A stretch of 61,694 nucleotides of DNA, filler included, from Choristocarpus tenellus KU-1152 (Eukaryota; Protista; Phaeophyceae): the NCBI GenBank assembly GCA_964200185.2. It is 10 parts of 10 records of this genome, joined end to end, with 100 filler letters (N's around TTAATTAATTAA, not from the genome) between each part and the next. Parts side by side here need not be neighbours in the genome. Positions count along the whole stretch, not along the records: positions 51,966 to 55,861 come from CAXNAD020017290.1; positions 55,962 to 58,531 come from CAXNAD020026686.1; positions 58,632 to 61,694 come from CAXNAD020022587.1; 7 more parts are not named here. One strand, given 5' to 3'. Below the pieces are notes generated by a model. The model ran no database searches. It saw only the letters and a program-made list of their open reading frames with translations, and was not told where the DNA came from. A program made the translations under genes and the position numbers. Numbering within the stretch: position 1 is the first letter of the stretch; each line of letters starts with the position of its first letter. Below are positions 53,843 to 61,694 of the stretch, one piece after another.

Positions 53843-55769
53843 TACAACAAATGTAGACTTAGTGCAAAGCACAACTACTCATGTCAACCCTCGTAAACAA
53901 ACATCAGAGAGGCTTTCAACCGTGCAAAGAGTGCACGAGACTTATTCCCTGCCTCCCTGAACGTGGTATGGGAACCCATACCAGAAGATGACACCATGCT
54001 GAGCGCATCGGAGCTTTTGCGATTGTCTGAGAGGCTGGAAGATCGATTACGTAACGGCGAGAAGGTATATATTGTTGATTGCATTCGATGGTTACCACAA
54101 GCTCGTCATAAGACGGAAAAGATTTAGGGGATAATATTAGGCTATACAAGGTCACAAAATCGGTTTATGTTCATGAAATGAACCTCCTCATTTATTTGCC
54201 GATCCTGTACTGTCACCGCCAAAAGTGGCACTAGAACTACCTTGAGTACTCTTGTCATATAGTCAATATCTATTAGTTTTGAATCAGAACGTTTTTCCGT
54301 TTTTCCAGGAAGAATTTTCTAAAACCTAGTGAGGCATTGAAATTCACTATTTTCTGTTTTTCGGCGTTATAGTATATAGTTACAGAAATAGAAATGGCGT
54401 CCATTATCCTCCAATGCGAGACCAAATGTATCCGTGTTTTCTGGTGTCGGCCTGCCACACACTTGCAACTTACTCCGGAGTTACATGGATGAGTTACTAT
54501 GAGATAGGAATGGCATGAATGAGATGGGTGAGAATCGCTGAATATTATTATTGCCCTGATGCTTCGTGAAATTAAGGGACATCAGATCATCAGTATCTCG
54601 GTCTCTTTTTAACCTTGGTTTGTTCCACTAAAGCTACTCTGCACTTTGTCAAACAAATAAAACTACCACTTGATATTGGTGGCTCACCAAACCTGGATCG
54701 GAGCAGTCAGTGAGTGCTTGAAGGGACATCAGGATCAAAGAGTGAAGCTAGGATAACAAGAGAAGATATGATTATTGTTTTCGCATTGAATGGCAAGAAA
54801 GTGAGCTCAATTTTTTCCTCTCACCAATGATTGAAGCAAATGCCACCCCTACCACAGTGAGGAAGATAGTTTTAGATAGAACCTAACGCTCGATCTTTTT
54901 CGAGCATTTGTATTAGTTTTTAAATATACAGTTAATTGACGCTCTGTCTCTCCAGTCTCTGTGAACACGTCCTGAAGGAAATCATCGCAGGAAAGTGTTG
55001 AAACACACACTGTTTGCGAATATTATGGTTCTATTTTCGGGATATAAATACTCCGAGAACCGCCATTATTGGCTTGGTGAGGTAGGAGTACACACCATTC
55101 CATCGGTGTAATTATGTTTCTGTTCGAAAAATATCTCCCCGTTCCCTCATTCTTAGTATGACTCCTCATCCATAATAATGTACACAAACAATCCATTGCA
55201 GCTGTATCTGTGGTCTCTCCATGGTCACGGTAGGGTGGGTGTGATTGGAGCACTACTTCTGGGACGGCTCTATGGATGTACAGTCAGCGATTCTCTGCTT
55301 AGGACTCAGGTATAACAATTGAAGTCTCTTCTATGGGTGGTTTCAACATTGCTCAATGGTTTTATCCCTGTTCACCTCCAAGGAGCCACATCCTCGCCCA
55401 GAGGGTTGAGTGTATGTTATTAGCATGCACTCGGAGCATATACACCAGTATAATGCTCTTTTACATGTCTTGATCGGATAAACTATACTCAGAATATATA
55501 CAGTAGCGGTAGAAGTACATCTACAAGGTGCGATTAGAGGACTGCATTGTGGTAAACTTGTCTTGGACGCGTCGAGGGCATTTTCCGCTAACATTGTGTT
55601 CACAAGTAATTTTCTTCTGCAGCCCTACCCTCGGAAGGGGGGATAACAGCATTTCAGTCAAGGGCATGGTGTGTCTTACTTAAGGTTCAAAAAGGCCTTG
55701 TCACTCAAACGGCTCAAAAATCGCCCCCCTCCTTAGTTGACCTTAATCCTTTTTCCTAAGTACTCTGGA

Positions 55770-55861
55770 GACTCAAAGTATCTGGGGGGGGGGGGCTACG
55801 CCGGGGAGTCCATTTGGGGCAAAATCAGGAAAAGTGCATTTACATTATCCCTCCGACGCAA
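55770..55861 (+). mobile_element. MITE family A left half, truncated by contig end
   Basis: gactcaaagtatctgggg...gtccatttgggg...caggaaaagtgcatttacattatcc. Confidence 0.85.
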
Positions 55862-56623
55862 NNNNNNNNNNNNNNNNNNNNNNNNNNNNNNNNNNNNNNN
55901 NNNNNTTAATTAATTAANNNNNNNNNNNNNNNNNNNNNNNNNNNNNNNNNNNNNNNNNNNNCCCCCCACCAAGTGAACACCATCTGTATCGGAATTTACG
56001 TCGATACAAACTCCTTCCAATCTGTATCGGTATTTACTTACTCTGAACAAAACAAGCACACCCGGTGGAAATCACTGCAACATAAAAAAAAACTCAAAGT
56101 CAATTCACCAAGTGAACACACAACCAATCCCCTGATGAGCAAAACAACAAGTCAACTAGTCAACAGCAACAATTCAGTCTCTGCACGTCCCTGCTCGCCT
56201 CCTGCGAGCTAAAGGACACGCCATCTAACAATTAGAAACCCTCCTCCGATGTTTAGAACACCAACACATCTTCTCATGTGAGTACGTGTGGGGCTAGAAA
56301 GGATCGCAAACAACGCCTCAGAAAAGCCTATCAAACCCGGTGGATGGATGTTCAAATTGGCGAAATCACTTGGTTTTTAAGAAGACCGCATCTGTTGCAT
56401 ACCGATCTTACCAGAACGGGATGCGCTCGGTGGAGAGACGAAACTCCCTTTTCAGAACATCGTTACAGGAATCTCTCAACAAAGGAGAAGAACAGAGTCG
56501 TTTTCGTTGCAACACTTGTATGTCTTCGAGTTAGCATCACGTGCCACAAGCAAGTGTCACAGCTTCAAACGAACAAACAACTGCAAAGTAAGAACACTTG
56601 ATTGCATGCAACAAGTTCCTCAC

Positions 56624-57803
56624 CCGACACAGCACAATAAACGCCTTCCTGGCCTTCCCCTTACCCAGGAGCCAACGGGGCGACTCTGGGAGGATGGCGA
56701 GGCTCGAGAGGATCACAAAGGGTGGGAAGAGGGATATGCCCAACATTGCTCGCCACCTTGAGCCTGCAGATGCAAAAAATTGTGGAGGGGGGGGGGGGGA
56801 AAGGTGAAAATTTTACTCCTGACTAGAATGCTACATAAATACTCGCTGCAAAATATAGTTGAGGCCGAGGGTGGGGGTCGGGGTGGGGGGGTGGGAAGTG
56901 AAAATTGTACTCCTGAGTAGAGCGCTAAGTACATACTCACACCAAAATAAATGGAAATAGTAATAACACTAATAATAATAATCAAAACAATGATATGAAA
57001 ACAACAAAAACGAAAACATTTTAACAGTACAATATACAAAAAATCGGCAATCGACAAAAAATAAAATAGTAAGAAAAAGCAAATAAAATAACAATAGTAA
57101 TAATAATAATAAAAACAATAAAATAACAATAGTAATAATAGTAAAAATATTAACAATAGTAATAATAGTATAAACAACAATAGTAATAATAATAAAAACA
57201 ATAACAATAATAATAATGATGAACGTGTAACACTCGTATAGTGTGTTATCCCCCCGTGTTGCACTCACTGTCTGTATCCAAGGTCTCCGCACAGATGAAG
57301 GCAACCAAGTAGCCCAGGACGATCCCGACATTGATAGATATATCTCAAGAAAAAAAAAAAAAAAAAAAAAAAAAATACGGTCGTTGGTTTTGGTTGATTC
57401 ATTCCATGCCATATAAAGTTTGAAGAATACATACATACACTCATACATACATACATACAGAACTTGATTAAAAAAATAAAAAAGGAAGGGTATGTGACCA
57501 GTTGGGGGGTTGTAGTCCATGGCCCGTATCGCTGTGAAAAAAAGGACTACCAACAGTGACAAGACAAGGCAGACAAGACAGACAAGACATTCTTCAAAAA
57601 TCAACATACTCCATCATACCGATCCTCCCCCCCCTCCCCTTCCCCCCTCTGCCGATACCTTGCAGCCATCTCCGACTTTTTGTCAAAAGTCGGCGGGGCC
57701 CACATATCAAAACATCACACCACCAACATCATATCAAAACACTACAACAACGACCACTTCGATCATGGGCATTCATAATTCATTTATTCTTTAAAATCAC
57801 TTG

Positions 57804-57844
<41 letters not shown>

Positions 57845-58012
57845 AGCGTGTGTGTGTGTGTGTTGTGTGTGTGTTTTGTATAGACATCACCTGTGAGTGC
57901 CGTTAGACGTCCCCGGAGGGATGTGGGAGTGATCTCTGCAATGTACACAGGTGCCACCACAAAGCCACATCCCACCCCGATGCCAGTCACGATTCGACCA
58001 AAGAGGAGCACG
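56624..58012 (-). CDS. MFS sugar porter family transporter (polyol/inositol/hexose-like), internal fragment, 3 exons
   Basis: Phase-consistent exons 58012-57891 (GRIVTGIGVGCGFVVAPVYIAEITPTSLRGRL), 57343-57269 (ISINVGIVLGYL) and 56763-56624 (WRAMLG...LPESPRWLL). Confidence 0.92.
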
Positions 58013-58685
58013 CTGTGACACATGGAAGGCGGTGATTGATTGATTGATTGACTGATTGAGAGAGAGATGGAGAGAGAGATGCATAGCAATGACCATTAGT
58101 GATGCTAATAGAAACAGTAGCAAAAATTAATAGTAATCTAAATAAACCAAATACTCTAAATATATATACATACACATATTAGAAAAAAGATTTTAAAAAA
58201 AGCAAAACAGAGATGCATCCAAGTTCCTCCCATACTCTCTTCTTTGCTCTTGCTTTCAAGTAAAAAAATAAATAAATAAATCAAGAGTGCACCGTTCAAG
58301 TAAAAAAACAAAAAACTTTCACAAACAATAGCAATAGATACCAGTTATAACCGCTACGAGCACATATCAGAGTAACTAAAAAAAAACTAATTGAAAAATA
58401 AATACATAAAAATAAATTCGACCTATTATGGATGTCACCGCACCCCCCCTACATACATCCAGAAGACTCAACAAAAAAAAATAACAAGAGAAAACAAAAT
58501 AAAACAACCCAATAAATTAAATAATGCCCCCNNNNNNNNNNNNNNNNNNNNNNNNNNNNNNNNNNNNNNNNNNNNTTAATTAATTAANNNNNNNNNNNNN
58601 NNNNNNNNNNNNNNNNNNNNNNNNNNNNNNNTTTTTTTTGTGTGGTGGTGTTTGTTTGGTGGGGTGTGGTTTTGTGGTGGGGGGT

Positions 58686-58738
<53 letters not shown>

Positions 58739-61694
58739 ATGATGGCAGTGTGTATTCTGCTTTGTGGTTGAGTTGTTTGTTGGTTCGGTGCAGGCAATGG
58801 TGGGGTTGATAATAGAGCAGGCGGGGAGTGGTGTGTCCACCCTGGAGGTGTAGCAATAGGAGAATGGGTGTTGTTGGAAGAGGACAAAAGAGTAAATTGG
58901 AGTGAGATGGGTTTGGTAAAGGTTGGGTGGGATTAATATACGTAGTGGAAGATTGCGACATGTGCAGTTCGCCTCCATTCAAAGCAATCGATCCACTGGA
59001 GACCCCCAAGGCAAGGGGGAGGGGAGAGGGGGGAAACATTTAGGGTGTTTCAGAACCCTGTAATGAGCTGTCAAAAATGGTTTGAATTCATTGGAATGAT
59101 CTTTGAGAGATGAGGTTGTGGGGTGATGGACAGGTGGAAGGGCTTGTGGTTTTGCCTGCATCCACTATTGGCGACAGGAGACCTTTACATTAGACTATCC
59201 TTTGTGAGAAAAGCAGTTTCCCGAAAGGGATCGTCTCTACAGCAGCAGGACAAGCTTCACTTGGACAAAAAGGGTATAGAAGATTCAAGTAAGATTCCTT
59301 CTTGTGTTTGGTGCAACCATCGACCCAAACGTTTTTTTTTATTTGCAAGTTACTTCCACAGCCCGAAGTGGCCGAGGTTTTTTTGATGTATCTACTGAGA
59401 ATTAATATATATAATTGGTGTATACATTACTCAAGTACACTACTACTTGACTTTTGCATCAAGGGTTATATCCATGAGTCCTTGTTCTGTATTCATGTGC
59501 TGTATGTAGACGTAGCGATACCTCTCTCTCTATATATATATATATATAGAGTGACTTTTTTTATTAACTCCATCATTATCGTCATTGACATTACTTTTAT
59601 TTTTTTCCAATGTTGTGTGAACAGGCAAGGCATGCGTGCATAGTTGGCAGAGAAGTAAAGCTATGTTTGATGGGGTTGGTGAAACACAATTGGTGCTAAA
59701 CAAACGAAAGTATGAGGTATTGCATATGTACCACCATTGGTATATATGTACAGTATATATTTTACCGGTGATACACTTTGCAATGTCATACCGAACCACT
59801 GATCCTCTCATGTCTGGTTGGAGGGAATCTCCGATTTCTCCTCTGAAATCGGCGCACCATCTCTTTTTTGTGGTATCTTTTTTTCTTGGATAGTAGCGCA
59901 CAGGAACAAGGAGTAGTGTTGATTGGCAGGTCATATTACATAATGTTCGGTGCATTACAAATAGCATGGCAGGTATGTGAGGATGGGTGGGGATAAAGGA
60001 GGAAGGGGATGTGGAGCTCTGCTACTGAGCCAAACATATTGAGAGGTAGGGAGGTTTGGACCCTTTTGCATCCCAGACCACATTTCTTGCTCTATTTCAT
60101 TGCTATCTGTACGCATAGTGTATGGAAAAATGGTGTTCCCCCTTTCCATACAAAAAAGTGACACCACAATAAAGGAAGGACTATTTTCTGGTATTATAAC
60201 GAAGTGGCGTCTTTTTGACCTTTCTCGGCATCCTAAAATTGCAACCCTGCCTACCTCTCTCAATCGATTTGGCTCTAAACCATGTATGGTGCTTTTGTCC
60301 TTGATCATGATCATGTTCGTTTGGAGCATGATCCATCTCCCTTTTGAACTGAATCCGGGATTCTCATGTCTTTTATGGACTAGGTACTACCTGCTGTCTT
60401 CATCAGGAGTCTTGAGGCCCCTCCCTCCTTTCCACTTTGTCTAGCAATAGGTAACCCTTCCGTGAACCATTGTTCAAGTAGGGCTTAAGCGGAGAGTAGA
60501 TCATCTCTTACTATCTAAGTAACAAAAATAAATTGGTAAGATAAAAAAAATCTTGAACGTTCAGCCTTCATTTGATTCTAAATATAAACACGGGATCCAT
60601 AGAGGGTTGAACCAGATTTTTTTTTTGAAGGGTTTGAGTTAGTCAGGATTAAAAACCCCTCGCCTCTAGAAAATATGTGGTATAAACATAAAGTAGTTCC
60701 TCATCGAAAAGCTGTAGGGAATTTTTTCCTCATTCTACAACTGTGGATATTGTTCTAAAGTTCTTCCTATTGTTGCTTACGTATTATCGTTAATGTTACT
60801 ATTTTTATTAACAGTAGAGAGCATATTTTGCATTGTTTTGTAAGGTGTATCGTATCTGGTATTGTTTGTCTACACTAGTAGTAGCGAAAGTCGCAATAAA
60901 AATGCCGTGACAGTCTTGAGAAAAGATTATTAAAAATTTCATCACTATTCTTACAGTAATATTTTGTTCATTGTCTGAACAAGTGATACATATTGTTATG
61001 CATTCGACATATTGCGGACGTATCAGGAAAAAGTTCTATTCCTCCCTTGGAGGGCATCGCTCACATTTACTCTGGGGTGGAAACCAATATCACGAAGACC
61101 CCTGTAAAGTAGCAGTTGGCATAAATGTGAAAGATATCTCTCCAACAACTACATGCCATTTGAATACTAGCTATAATTCAACACTCCCTTTAAGGTTGGT
61201 AATTACAGTGCTACATGTACATTGCGGCAGTGCCTCTATCCTAGTTTAGTCCCAGACAAATGGGCGAGGAGCTAGTGAAGTATCCCAAGATTTGACATAC
61301 TCCTTATTGCCCATCTGCCTGGTGTCTCCAGCTAACAGCCGATCATCAAAATCGAGGATGGAGCTTTTTATTGAGGATGAGCGAGACGCGGATTGGTGTG
61401 CGGAAAGTGCACGTATGTGTTTTTTAATGTTGCGGCACTTTTGGAGGGCCCCGCTATGAATGGGAATCTATCCCGACGAAGGTGGTAGTAGGACAGTGTG
61501 TGGGAGGCGGCAACAATTTCGTTTGATCGCCGTATACATGTATACCCTGCATTGGCTTGCTTGCTTGAATAATTAGTGCGGTCGGTGGAGTCGTTTGACT
61601 GTCGATGGTGGCGGTGGTAGAAAATACTAGTACTTCGAAGTAGTTTTTTTCGGGGCAGCATCTCATTGTCATTATGGATGGCTGACAGACTGAG

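Noticed and set aside
56713-57607. Long hydrophobic ORFs (183 and 212 aa)
   Set aside because: They are translations of (AAT/AAC)n low-complexity intron sequence in the sugar-porter gene.
59955-60450. 124-aa and 114-aa overlapping ORFs
   Set aside because: No recognisable motif or convincing splice structure; possibly decayed coding sequence.

Overview
This is eukaryotic, intron-rich draft genome sequence, not prokaryotic. It consists of ten contigs joined by nine identical artificial 100-bp linkers (44 N + TTAATTAATTAA + 44 N), so nothing should be read across the gaps. TTAGGG repeats, kb-scale introns, an FG-GAP protein, a plant-type IPC synthase and a plant-type mariner suggest a stramenopile, possibly a brown alga or relative (inference). 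Spliced genes reconstructed by hand: the 3' part of a JmjC/C5HC2-like histone demethylase (7 exons), a ~1,740-aa uncharacterised protein whose ~4.2-kb last exon is built from ~125-aa acidic repeats, a divergently transcribed IPC/sphingomyelin synthase, an FG-GAP beta-propeller protein with an inserted domain (10 exons), a C-terminal zf-CW protein, the last exon of a Sec63/Brl-domain helicase, and a sugar-porter MFS transporter. Mobile DNA: two related abundant MITE families sharing a TCAAAGTATCT terminal core, a decayed Ty1/copia pol, a decayed plant-type mariner, a fold-back element with telomere repeats in its loop, and an unclassified dispersed repeat. No clearly new multi-gene system is supported. 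The best leads are the repeat protein with possible MITE-associated intronisation, the MITE pair, a CpG-island versus CpG-poor gene-body pattern, and frequent GAG splice acceptors. All exon boundaries are predictions made by eye.
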